From positions 70,609,699-70,673,698 of the forward strand of contig NC_083420.1 of NCBI RefSeq assembly GCF_020745735.1: 64,000 nucleotides of DNA, read 5' to 3'. This DNA is from Hemiscyllium ocellatum. Lineage: Eukaryota. The notes beneath the pieces were generated by a model. It was not told the DNA's origin and searched no databases. It worked only from the letters and a program-made list of their open reading frames with translations. Position 1 is the first letter of the stretch. Each line of letters begins with the position of its first letter. Positions 48,513 to 60,639 of the stretch are shown here, one piece after another. A program made the translations under genes and the position numbers.

Positions 48513-49924
48513 CTGCACTGCGTCTCAGAAAGCACCTCATTTACACTCACTATTTCGTCAAATGTCCCTGAAATGGTGTAATGTTCTCTGCCTCAGTCAT
48601 TCCCTGTAACAGGATTTTTAAAAGACCTGTAGGAATGGGAGTGTTGATTCTCAAAGAGAAAATCAATGGAAGGATTTTGAGGAGACAGTGGGAAGCGGTA
48701 GGACACAGAAAATGACACTAGAAGCACATCAATGTTGTTGCTGCCTCCATTTTTTCAAAAACTGGCAGTACTTGGTTATTGCTGACAATTTTCTCTTTCG
48801 TATTCGTTCCACTTGCCTTTCTTGCTTTGTTTCTTCTGAATTGAATCGGTGGGTACTTCCATCAAAACCCAAATTCCTCACACTAATCCTGGTCCCTGAA
48901 TAGGTTAGACAGAGAAGACTGGATTGCAAGAAACATTACAGGTTTTTCAGAATTTGCCTCACTGATGTCAAACCATTGAACCCATGAAACCTGAAAAGGA
49001 TAACGTCACTAATGTCATATTTGCTGGTTGTGAATGTAAAGTCTGCCACAGGCTGAAAGGAGGAAGTTCATGACTGAGAAATGGGTGAGCTAAACCCAGA
49101 TCGAGAGCAGTAGCAAACGGAACCGAATGATATAATTCAGAAACAGTATAAACACAAGGCAATGTATATGCGGCAACCAGCACAGTATGGAATGCTGGGA
49201 AATTCGGTCAGTGTTTGATGATGAGGAACTGTGGGAGGGAGATCTCTGTTTGCTTTTCCAAACTGTTTTGGAGCTGTCAATTCAGATGCTGGAAGTCCGC
49301 GTGTGCACGTGGTTTGTAAAATTTGCAAAATGATAAAAAAAGGGAGTCTGGAAAGCAGATCAGCTGGGAGTTGTTCAGTATGAGGGACTGTTAATAGACT
49401 GCTTCAGGACACGTCCATTAGCAAAAGTCAATAAATGCAAAGGATGAAGACTTCAAATCAGATATTGAAGATAATTACTGGGATAACGAAGAAATGGCTT
49501 CATTTGTGTTTGGGATCGGTACTCCTTTGTAGAATTGAAATGACTCAGCATTAATACATCTGTAATGAATGTATAAAAACTACAGCAACTGCCACTCAGG
49601 AGGTTTGGTTTACAGGCTGAGTTGAGAAAAGTTGTGACACATCAGAGAGGGGTGGGGATACCTGAAAGAATAAAGTTATCAGCCGCAGGACTGGGCAGTC
49701 TAATTTCACGTAAAGAAGAAGCAGGAGCCTATGACTTTGAGGGAGGAAGATAAGCGTTTGGAGAGTACTGTAGAACAGGAAAACCTCTCACTTTTCTTAA
49801 TTGCAGTGAGACCAAAACCACCCTTTTCAATCTTTCCTCATCACACAAAACAAATATTGCAGGGATCAATACAACTCGAATACAACTCCTCTGAAACATG
49901 ATCAAAGGATTTCTATTCTTTCTT

Positions 49925-50222
49925 CAGTGGCACAATGGTTAGCACCGAAGCCTCACAGCGCTAGGAACCTGGGTTCAATTCCCACCTCGGGCAACTGTGT
50001 GGAGTTTGCATATCCTTCCCGTGTCTATGTTGGTTTTCTCCGGGTGCTCCGGTTTCATCCCAAAGTCCAAAGATGTGCAGGTTAGATGAATTGGCCATGG
50101 TAGGTTAATTAGTCAGGGGGAAATGTAGGGAAATGAGGGAAAAAAGAGGTGGGTTCCTCTTCGGAGGGTCGGTGTGGACTTGTTGGGTTGAAGGGCCTGT
50201 TTCCATACTGTAGGTAATCTAA
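49925..50222 (+). mobile_element. HE1-like V-SINE
   Basis: GTGGCACAATGGTTAGCAC, GGTTCAATTCC, V core and GAAGGGCCTGTTTCC. Confidence 0.92.
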
Positions 50223-50409
50223 TAAGGCGATCAAAATTGCAGCCCATATTCGAAGTGCTATTTTACTAATGTCCAGGAATAACTGAAACATCGCATTCTT
50301 CATTTCAGATCCCTAATCATGCCTATTTTACTTTTACATCTCGTTTATATGTCCATCAGTAATTCTCCTAGAGAATGTGACGCGAAGCTGCATTCTTGGA
50401 CTGCTGCAG

Positions 50410-50471
50410 ACCACATCCTGTAAGTAGAACTATAATGCACTGAGGAAGTGACTTGCTGAATTATGACGTGA
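50410..50471. promoter_or_regulatory. Candidate 3' enhancer core: ETS-RUNX composite, PU.1 site and CRE-like site
   Basis: ACCACATCCTG (reverse complement CAGGATGTGGT) at 50410-50420, GAGGAAGTG at 50442-50450 and TGACGTGA at 50464-50471. Motif evidence only. Confidence 0.4.
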
Positions 50472-53190
50472 TGACAGTGTAGGAACAACAGTATACTTCC
50501 ATGGTAAACTGTTGAATGGCTTGCAGGAAAACATGAAGGTGGTGATGTTCTCATCTGACTGCTGCCCTTGTTCTAACTGATTGAAGTAGTAATGAGTTTG
50601 GAGGTTGTTGTTTCAGGATTTTTATTGAATGTTTGCAATGCATCCTGTCCACGCTAAACACAGCCGTTAATGAACGTGTGTGTCGATAATGTGGATATTT
50701 GCGAATGTGATGTCAATCAATCGTGCTGAAATTTGATAAGAAAGCTCTAAACAAACTAAAATAGCATAAAATAAACTAAACTAAAATAAAACAAAATGTT
50801 GCTGCCTTTGTAACAAAATTATCCAAAACATTAACTCATCCCCTCCTAATAAAGGCTGCACTCTTTGCATTTCTCCAGCATCGGGTTTTTATTTTGGATT
50901 CGTAGAAATTTGCTTTTGAAATCTATTTTAATGCGTTTGTTTAAAATAAAAGATTTCACCAGCACCCTAGGGAGATTCTCACTGAGACGATTACAAAGCC
51001 TTATATTTCCATGGATCCGAGAGTTCAGTGTTTTAAGCAATCACCCAGCAAGAGGCATCTTCACCTTTGTCTGCCTCAGGGTGGTGCTCCAGTGTTTGCA
51101 GCGGTGCTTGTAATCTCCAGTTTCAGATAAGGATTATAAAACTGAAGGCTTCCTTCAGCAGACAAGTCCATCATTTGTTCTCCTTTTCTAATTGTCCTGG
51201 AACCAAAAGGCTTTACAGGCTTTTGCAAATGCCAGCCATATTGCTATAGGGCTCAAGTCTACAGTAGGCATTCAATCATAAGGTGCCTTAACTAATGAAC
51301 CTAAGTTGGACAAACACAACCTCTTCAGGATTCGAATTTCATGTCCCAACAATAGGCCCATCATCCTGTATATCTTGGCATTGCAGTGCATATTTAAATA
51401 CTTCTTCAAAGTTTGTTCTGCCTCCACCAGTATAAAGAGAGTGAGTCCCATATTGCCACCACTCTCTCTGTGAAAATGTATTTTCTCAGATCCTCTCTTA
51501 ACCTTCGGTCCTTTACCTTACATCAGTACCTCTGGTCCATGAATATGAAGTAACCCATGTCACCTAGTCACAGTTTATGTACACATTGACTACCCTTGAC
51601 TGCAGTGTCTCATGTAGTGTCAGGCCCCAGAATCTCAGAGTTCCTGTCAGTCAATTTTTTTCATCTGTGTGTCAGCGAATACTTTCCCTGTTATGTTCTT
51701 GTAAAGATTTGAGCTTTCCTTCTTTAAAAAAAATGTATTTTTTCATGGCACTGAATCTCCAGCACACCCCGATCTCTGTTGTTGCTCTCGCTTGTGGGGT
51801 CGAATTTTCCCATTTCCTTCTCTTGTTTCAGTTCATTACATTTAAATCTAATATGCGATATGTACTTGAAATCACAGTAGAGAAACTGCCAGAACTTCAA
51901 TAAAAGGAATGCCGATGATTGCAGTAAACCTGGACAATGTCCTTGTGTTTCTTGTTCGAAGGATTCGTTGTGATCTGTCAACCTCCCTCCAAGTCTGATA
52001 ACCACCTCGGCCATTGAAAGGAAATACCCGGAGAATAGATTAACATGATGTAATATGCCGTTCAGCTGAACTTACAAATTTGTGTTCAGTGTGCATTTTC
52101 ATTGCTTATTGCTCCCTTTTTACATGAAAAGGAAGACAAACTCTAATTTGTGTGGTATTTGTCGTCTCAGCATATTCAAAGTTGTGTGTACAATGCTGTC
52201 AATATCACCTGGTCAAGATAATGAGGTCCCACAAATAATAAACGATTCAGTAAACCTATTTTTGAGGTAATTGAATACTGAGCAGGACACCCGAGGGAAA
52301 CTTTTCTAATTGACATCTCTAACTACCACCTGAAGTGGGAGTGGGAGTCGGTTTGGTGATGGTTAAGTCTCAAATGAATATCCCATACAAAATGTGGTGC
52401 CAGACACTGTGCAATTGCCAGCAGTGCAGTACGGACTCAGCCTGGATCCAGTGCTCTCATTTCTGAACTGGTTTTCAATCAGATGACCATTTTGACTCTG
52501 ATGCAGGATCATTGCCCATGGTCTGTAACAGCGTACACTCTGTCACCCTGACATCCTGAGTCTGCATTTCAGCTCGGATGGATCACAGCTCATTTATCAA
52601 ACCGGCGTCTGCCCCTTCGTAAGCTGGCCAGGCTGCTTGTGCCTTTCGACCACCTCCTGGCATTCCCTTGTGCCAAAGTTCATTCTTCTGAGGGATAGTT
52701 GTGATCAGACCTAGACCATCATCTTGTTACTCTGTCAGATCCTCTTTAAGAAACTCATGGCTCACCTGTGCCGTCTCCTGGACAACTATGGAATGGCAAC
52801 AATCAAGACTGAGATGGATGTGTGAAGCCTCAAATTCTGCACTTTGCAGTTTAGGGGCACACCATGATAGATGTTTTACTAAGTATTTGAGTGCAATTCA
52901 TTTTTTTCGGACCACAATGTTATTCCAAAGGGGACTACTCTTTGCAGTTTGACAAACTAGGTTCATCCACATCATGGCCCTATTTATGGCCGGATCTCAA
53001 GTCCTTCCAAGAGATTAATTCAAGCCTCGTTCTCGTGTCTGCCATGTTTTGTCCTTCGCTAATTTCCTGAGACAACATTGGTGAGCCATGTAATATTCGG
53101 GAAGAAAAGCTTTTGCGAACTAAACGATAAAGAAAATAACTCGATGTTATTTTGACAAGGTAACACAGTCATCATCCCGTCTGTGACTTG

Positions 53191-53495
53191 TGGGCGGCAC
53201 TGCTGCCTCACAGCACCTGAGACCCGGGTTCAATTCCCGACTCAGGTGACTGACTGTGTGGAGTTTGCACGTTTTCCCTGTGTCTGCGTGGGTTTCCTCC
53301 GGGTGCTCCGGTTTCCTCCCACAGTCCAAAGATGTGCGGGTCAGGTGAATTGGCCATGCTAAATTGCCCATAGTGTTTGGTAAGGGGTAAATGTAGGGGT
53401 ATGGGTGGGTTGCGCTTCGACCGGGTCGGTGTGGACTTGTTGGGCCGAAGGGCCTGTTTCCACACTATAAGTATGTAAGTAATCTAATCTAATCC
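53191..53495 (+). mobile_element. HE1-like V-SINE, well preserved, A box deleted
   Basis: GGGCGGCAC joins directly to TGCTGCCTCACAGC, consistent with a deletion between two GCAC copies. Intact B box, V core, GGGCCGAAGGGCCTGT (53442-53457) and AATCT tail. Confidence 0.93.
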
Positions 53496-54279
53496 TATGT
53501 GACTCTATTCACTCTTAACAGTCCAATGAGCTGACTCAACAAAGAGTGCAGTTCGAGCAGCTGGAGATAGGAAGTAAATATGAGGCTTGCCAATGGCATT
53601 CACGCTGTGAGAAGCAATAATTTTAGCTTGGTATCGATTGTCTTTTAGCTTCTGAGCCAACATAGTCTGACTGTTGTAGGTCTCTAATCCTCTCACAATA
53701 ATTTATTAGATGATGGAAATATGTGGAGAGCTTTTATTTTGAACCACAATTTCTCCTTTCCCCGTGACTCTCGATTCTTCATCCATCCTACAATATTTTC
53801 ACCAGATATTTCTCGTGACAGCTTTGCTGTGCAGAATGAAAATTCTGTGATCTCTGAGGCCTCACTCTCTGATGTCTGTCTCATCTCCAACTTTTGACAA
53901 ATTACTAGTTTCCAAAACCCTGTTGAGATAAGAATCGAGCGAACAAAGCTACTGTAATAACAGCTGAGTTACTTTTGTTAAAGGGACAAATGTTTATATT
54001 GCAATTGTACATTTGACAGCAAGTGTCAAAGGAAAGATGAGACAAAAGAATCGCTGCGGTTCTTCCCGCACATCAGGCCCAGGTGCAGGAGCAGGCTTTT
54101 TGGGACCTGGTCTCTCAATGCAGAATCTCCCTGTGGATCTGGTTACCGTCTCAGCTCCAGTTGCTGCTCTCTCGCCATCGCCCATTATCATTAATCGCAG
54201 TGCTCATCAAAACATTGTCGATCTCAAACTCCAATCGACTTGTTTTACAGCATCCGGTGTTGGACAGGGAGGACTAAAA

Positions 54280-55140
54280 AGTTAAAAACCACACCACAGC
54301 AAATAATAGTCCAACAGGTTTGTAAGGAAGCACGAGCATTGGAAGCGTTGCTTCTTCGTCAGGTGGTTGTGAAACAGAACACAGAATTTACAGTGAAGGA
54401 TTATAATGATACAATGATACATTGAAAAAACTTAGATTGTTAAGACTTTCATCTTTCAGAACGGATTTGCTGGTTTTGGTTCTTTATTATGTAAACCTCA
54501 GAACTTCTCAAGATATTTTAACGTCGTATAAAAAAAGATAGCATCCCAGCTTAGGCAGTCCATTAAAGTTGTGAATCAGACCAATCCTGAGTCTGATTGT
54601 TTGTATATCCAAATTGGAAATTACAGATATTGGGCCCACATCGACACTATTCAGGTTCGAAATCTTTTGCGTAAAATAGAATGTATGTGCGGATTTAATT
54701 CTCAAATAAACTTTCACCACATAAATTAATATTTTTGTGCACGTGCTGGAGAGAAACAGAGAGAGAGAGAGAGAGAGAGAGCGACAAAGAAAGACAACGA
54801 GTGTGAACACTAGAATGTGCACGTGTGTGGACGTGCAATTGAGAGAGTGTGTGTTGCGTGCATACAAGCTTGATGAAGTGTGTACATGAGTGAGAAGAGG
54901 CATAAGCTTGTGAGAGGTGAATGCATAGGTGTTAGTGTGAGAGGTGTATGTGTACGTACAAGGGAGAGATTGTGAGTGAGAGAGTGTCTGCGTGGGTGTG
55001 TGTGTATTTAAGAAAGTGTGTGCGTGTGTGTGGGTGTGTTATTGTGTGTGCGTGAGAGAGAGTGCATACTGTAATGGGATCAACTGTAGTATGACATGAA
55101 CCCAAGGTCCGAGTTAAGGTCATACTCATATGTCGGGAAC
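54280..55140. mobile_element. Penelope-like terminal repeat with GA/GT simple-repeat interior, same family as 10345-10810
   Basis: GTTAAAAACCACACC...ATAGTCCAACAGGTTT...CTTCGTCAGGTGG. Confidence 0.65.
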
Positions 55141-55159
55141 ATGGCTATCAACCTCTGAC

Positions 55160-55700
55160 TCTCTGGAGTACTGTGTGTGGTTTTGGTCTCCTTAATTGAG
55201 AAAGGATGTGCTGGCACTGGAGGAGTTGCAGAGGAGAATCATTAGTTTAATTCCAGAATTGAGGGGTTACCTCATGCGGAAATGCTGAGTAGATTGGGAT
55301 TATATTCATTGAAATTCAGCAAAATGAGGAGAGTGTTATAGAAGCATATAAAAATATGAAGAGAATGAAGAAGATAAAAGGAGTTACGGTGTTTTCACTG
55401 GAAAGTGAAACCAGGACAAGAGGGAGCAGAATTAGTACTGAATTGAGAATGAACTTCTTCCCAAAGCTTGTAAAAATCTGGAATTCGTTGCACAGTCAAG
55501 TATTTGATGCTATTTCAGTTAAAGTTTTTAAAGCTAAGGCAGATACCATTAAAAAAAATAAGCTGGTTAAGCAATACGGTGAGAGCGTAGGTAGTTGGAT
55601 CTGATGCCATGAAAATATCAGCTGTGATCTGATTGAATGGCAGACCAGGTTCGTAGGCTCGGGCAGCCTATTCCTGCTCCGATTTCTTATATTCTTATGG
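55160..55700 (+). mobile_element. Old CR1 3' fragment
   Basis: ORF 55356-55604 (ETRTRG...FFPKLVKIWNSL) and a CR1 3' UTR. Confidence 0.8.
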
Positions 55701-57779
55701 AAATATTTCTGGTTATAATGTTTAAGGGCTCGACAACGTGAAAAGTAATGAAGGTGGAATATCCTTACTGATTACAAGCATAATGACTTCGATGGTGCGG
55801 GAGTACATAATAATGAGGGAAAGCATTCATTGGAACTGCGGAGCTGTTGTGCAAAGACCACCAGCAGCAGGTCCAAGGTGGTGTACTGGGAAATGCAGAA
55901 ATTAGGCAAGTATGTAACAAAGTCAGTGCAGTATTCGTTGGCTGTTTAATTTTAATATAGTTTGGGAGAGGCAGACAAGCACTCTGCAGAAAGGCAGTGA
56001 AATTCTGAAGTGTATCCAGGAGACATGCTTACAGCAAAATACCCTGGTTGCAACAAGGGAGCAAGCAATGTTGGATTAAGTACTGAGTGATGAGCCAGAT
56101 TTAATGAGTAAACTAATTGTACAAGAACATTTATCAAACAGCAATCAATAAAATTCAATGTAGAGTTTGGAAATGAAAAGCATGGATCAACTGCTCGATT
56201 TTGAGATTTTGGGCAGGCAGACCTTCGTCAGATAAGACAGAGACTGTACACAGTTAACTGGGAAATCAGCCAACAGGAAAACAACCGAAGAACCGTGGGG
56301 GCTGTTTTAATGAAATATTTAACAAAAAAAAACATTTTTAACCGAAGAAACAAAATTTCTACGTCATCGAACAAACGACAATGGGCAATGAAAGAGATAA
56401 GGGGGAGAATAAACATAATACTTGGGGCTTACAAAAATAAAAAAGAACAACACTGATCGCGCTGATTGGAAAAGGTATAACGGGCCACAAAGCAGCTTCT
56501 TTTTAGGGCTACCAAAAGTGGTTCTGACAGGAAACCTGCAAATGTTACCACAATTATTAAGAATAAATGTTATATTTCCATAAAGGCAAAACCGGGAGGG
56601 CAAGAACAAAATCAGCCCACTAGAGACTGGAAGTGAGCGATGTTCTCAATAACAATGGGAAATGACAGGCATGTTAAATAATTACATTGCCTCACTATTT
56701 AGAGTAGAAAAGGAAGACGGCTTGGGCGATGTCTAAACAGAATTGACAGAGCATCAGAGACAGAAACTAATGAATATTATTGTCAGTGAAGCATCAGTAA
56801 TGAGAAAATTAATGAAACTAAAGGCAGGAAAGACACCAGGACTTGGCAGTTTCCAGCTGTTGGTGTTAACGGCGCAAAACGAGCATACTGTAGATGCCCT
56901 GACAATAACTTCCAGATTCCCCTCAATAAAGCAGTTATCCCTCCGGATTGGAAAATTATGCATGTCACTCTGATTTTTCAGAAGGACGAAAGAGAAGTTG
57001 TTAGACTCTGTAATGAAGTCTGACGATAACTAACTACCTTGAAAAAGTTCATTTAATGTGGGAGACTCAGCACAGATTCATGGCAGGAAGGCCATTCAGA
57101 ACAAAACTCATTGAATTTATTTGGAGATGTTGCAAAGTTCCATGGTGTCAGACCACAGAGCAGCACTGGTCTCATTGAATAGTGGACCACGATGGAGGGG
57201 CTGAACAGCCTCCTCCTGTGCTAGAGCCTTCCCTGTCTCAATGACTGTAAGCTATGGATAGAAACAGCAGTTGGGCTGCAGTTTCAACAGTGCGTTCAAT
57301 GTGGATAGACTGTGTGTCATTACTGGAGATTGCACAGCATAGCCTGCGTCCAGGAGACTCTCGAAAATAAACATTTCTCTTCTTCCCCTTTTCAAACCTC
57401 GAGCTGTTGCGAATGAGCTGAAGGGATCTTTGCTGAATACGTTTCTGGTTAGTGCGGCTATGAGAAGTGTTTCAGCATTGATTGATACTTCTACTCCTCG
57501 TTCAGTGTGTTGGTAACTCCCTACTGATCGAACCATGTAACCTCCTGTCACTCTGAGTGACAGTGCAATCGGAATCATTTGTCAGTGCCAACAAACAGCA
57601 GCACATAATCTGACACACTGGGATAGGTATCACTGACTGATGTTAAAGAACGGAACCTGTGTCAATTCCCCCTCAAAGCTCATAAACCCTATAGCGTCGC
57701 AAATATAGTGAAACCAAGCCCATTATGAATAAACGCGAATCCTTAGATAACCCCTTCAGATAAAGAAGTCAGCATCGAG

Positions 57780-58390
57780 ATTGAGAGAGAGGGAGTGGGA
57801 GATGGAGAGGGAGAGAGATAGATAGAAGAAGAAATAGGGAAACAGCAAAGTAGAAAAGGAAAAGAGAAAAGAGGAAGAGAGAGAGAGTTTGAGAGAAAAA
57901 TTGCGAGAGTCAGAGGTTGTGAGAGGGAGAGAGTGATCGAGAGAGAGAGAGAGAGAGATAAGAAGGAGAAAGTGAAAGAAGTTAAGGGATTTCAGAAAGT
58001 GTGCGAAACGCCAGGAGCAACTGCAAAATTTGCAGGAAAGGATTCATTTCTCCAGTGCACACTACAGTCAGCACACCATTCATCCAGTGCTGTTTACAGC
58101 AACAGCTCTCTTTATCTCTCTCTCTCTCTCTCTTTCTAAATCTCTCTGTACTTTACCTGCACCGGTCTTGGTCAATCTATGCTCCACCTCTCTCTGTCTC
58201 TCTCTCTCTCTCTCTCTCGCTCTCTCTCTCTCTTTCTCTATATTTATCTGTCGGTCTCTTTGTCTCTCTCTTTCTGCCTCTCGTCCCTCTCTTTCTCTAT
58301 CTCAGAGCGCCCTCATTTTCTCTGTTTCTCAGAGCTCCACTTCTCTCTCTCTCCCTCTCTCTCTTTCTCTGAGCACCATACCTCTCTCAA
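57780..58390. repeat. GA-rich block (57780-57980) and CT-rich block (58090-58390) around a ~100-bp unique core
   Basis: Seen directly. Confidence 0.85.
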
Positions 58391-58659
58391 TTTGAGCTGC
58401 TGGAATTCCAAACTGTGTCAATTGCAATTAATAGCATGAAAAATAATGGCGGCATATTTCGAGTGTAACAATGATGATGTAAATGATAACCATTGCAGCA
58501 AAGGCATTATTGATGGTTTGTACAGAAGGTAAAGCCCAAACAAAAATATTGTGTCAATCAACGCAGTACTAATGAAAGATTAATAGAGATATTAATGCGA
58601 TTCTCAGAGATATGTCATTATTCTAGTTATGAACGTCTCTTTCCTAGTGAAGTTCCATC

Positions 58660-59500
58660 CTGCCATCTATTAGCTACAGTTTAGTTTTGAGGAATTATTG
58701 GGGCAAGTGGAGTAAAGTGTAGGGGAGTGTAACTTCATTTACTTTGGCAGGAGTAGGAGAAAGCAGAAAGCTATTGAAATGGAAAGAGATCGCAGCCCCC
58801 TGAGTAACAAAGGGATCTGTGTGTCCTGGGATATTGATCAGAGAGTTATTACGCAGCTACAACAAGTGAATCCAAAGGCAGATGGAGGGATTGTGCTCTT
58901 TTCAAAGGGAATGCATTTTAAAAGCAGACATGTTTTGCTGTAGCTGAGCAAGGGGCTGGTGAGAGTATATCTGAAGCATGGTGCCTGGTTCTGGTTTCCT
59001 TACTGAAGAAAAGACAAGTGCCACATGGAAGCAGTTCAGAGACACTTCACTCAACTGATACCGGGGATGAGGGAGGGATGAAAGGTTGGACAAGCCGGGC
59101 CTTCATCCATTGGAACTTAGTAGATTGAGAGGTGACCTTATTGGATTATGAAATGTCTTGAGTGAAAGAATTGGGTGGACGAAGGAGATTGTTTCCTCTT
59201 CGGGGCTGCTACAACTGGGTAATATAAATCAAGAATGAGAGGTGTCCTATTGAAATTGGAAATGCGGAGAGTGTTTTTTCTTGTCTCAGAGGGATGTTAG
59301 CCGCCTATCAGATTTCTGTTCCTAGAGTACACTAGTAGCTGCTCAATGAGAACGTTCGCAGCTGATTATGGTCGATGTTTTAGAAATCTCAGAGACAGAA
59401 GTTACTGCATACAGGCAGCAAAGCGGAGTTCAGATCACAAGCTAGATCATCCATGATATTACTGCAGGGTGGAGCATGGTGGGAGGTCTGAATAATCCCC
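58660..59500 (+). mobile_element. Old CR1 3' fragment
   Basis: Degenerate RT C-terminus (GATTGAGAGGTGACCTTATT, GAAATGCGGAGA). Confidence 0.75.
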
Positions 59501-59574
59501 TCCTGTCCCTGTGCCCTGTGTTCTCGCCGAGATACAGAGCCATACAGTATTTAAACAAGCCCAAACAGAGATTA

Positions 59575-60360
59575 ATGGAAAAACTCAGAAGGTCTTGCAG
59601 CACCTGTGGAGAGAAATCAGATTCAACGTTTCAGGTCAATGACTCCTCAGAAATGATGGTGGATAAGAAAATGTCCGTTTATGTAAAGAAATTGGGGTAA
59701 ATTGTGTACACTGGATGGAGATAGAGCCCCAAACATAGCAAAGAGCATTTGGAGAGGCAATGGAGTGGATCGTGGTCTGGTTGGAAAGAAAATGGGGACT
59801 GTTCATATGGGGTGTGCATAGTAGGAGATCATGTGATAGCAAGGTCTGGTGGGATGGTAGGGATAAGTGCATTGGAGAATTCAAGCCTAAAGTTATTAAA
59901 CTCGATTTTGGGCCTAGAAGGCTGCAGGTTCACCTGACGGAAAGTGAGTTTCTGTTCTTTCAGCTCGCACTGCGCTTCACTGGACCACTGCAGTAAGCCT
60001 GAGGCAGAGACATTGGTCAGGAAACAGGTTGATGTGTTGTGGCAGACAACTGGCAAATTATCGTCATTTCTGCAGACAGAATGTAGATGTTCTGGGAAGG
60101 GTGTGAAAAGCTGAAGGAAAATGTGCAGGAAATGAATTGGAGCCAGTTGAGACTCCTTGAACTACCATGCTGGGGAATCATCCGGAAGAGGAAGAAAATG
60201 AACATTCTGAAGGTTCCCGAGTCGAAATTGGCATCATCGAAACAAATGCAATGGAGATGGAGGAACCAGAGGAACAGAATAAATTATGCATGTTGTGAGG
60301 TGTACATTAATGATTACTATGAGTCAGTGGATGTTAATGTTTGTAAACAGATCCTTATGC
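59575..60360 (-). mobile_element. Penelope-like fragment (GIY-YIG C-terminus and terminal repeat)
   Basis: ORF 59829-60056 reads ELKEQKLTFRQVNLQPSRPKIEFNNF. The terminal repeat contains a hammerhead-like core at 59621-59650. Confidence 0.75.
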
Positions 60361-60639
60361 ACACCAACTCTATGTGAACCAACAAACACTGCAGTATATT
60401 AAACACATTTTCTACTCTTGGTTTGAAAATTCTTGAATTTCATTGTTCTCAAAGTCTGGGAATGATTCCTAACGAACACCTTATGCTCTAAATGTCGATT
60501 TTGCTGCTCGTCAGATGCTGCCTGACTGGTTGTGTGTTTTTTTCAGAACCGTACTCTTCGACTCGATTTTTCAAAAGTCTGTTTGTGATGCATATTTGAG
60601 GATCTATGATTGTCAGATCTCCACATTAAGAAAACCATT

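Noticed and set aside
58020-58075. CKICRKGF zinc-finger-like motif
   Set aside because: The histidine ligands and linker are missing, and it sits between microsatellites.
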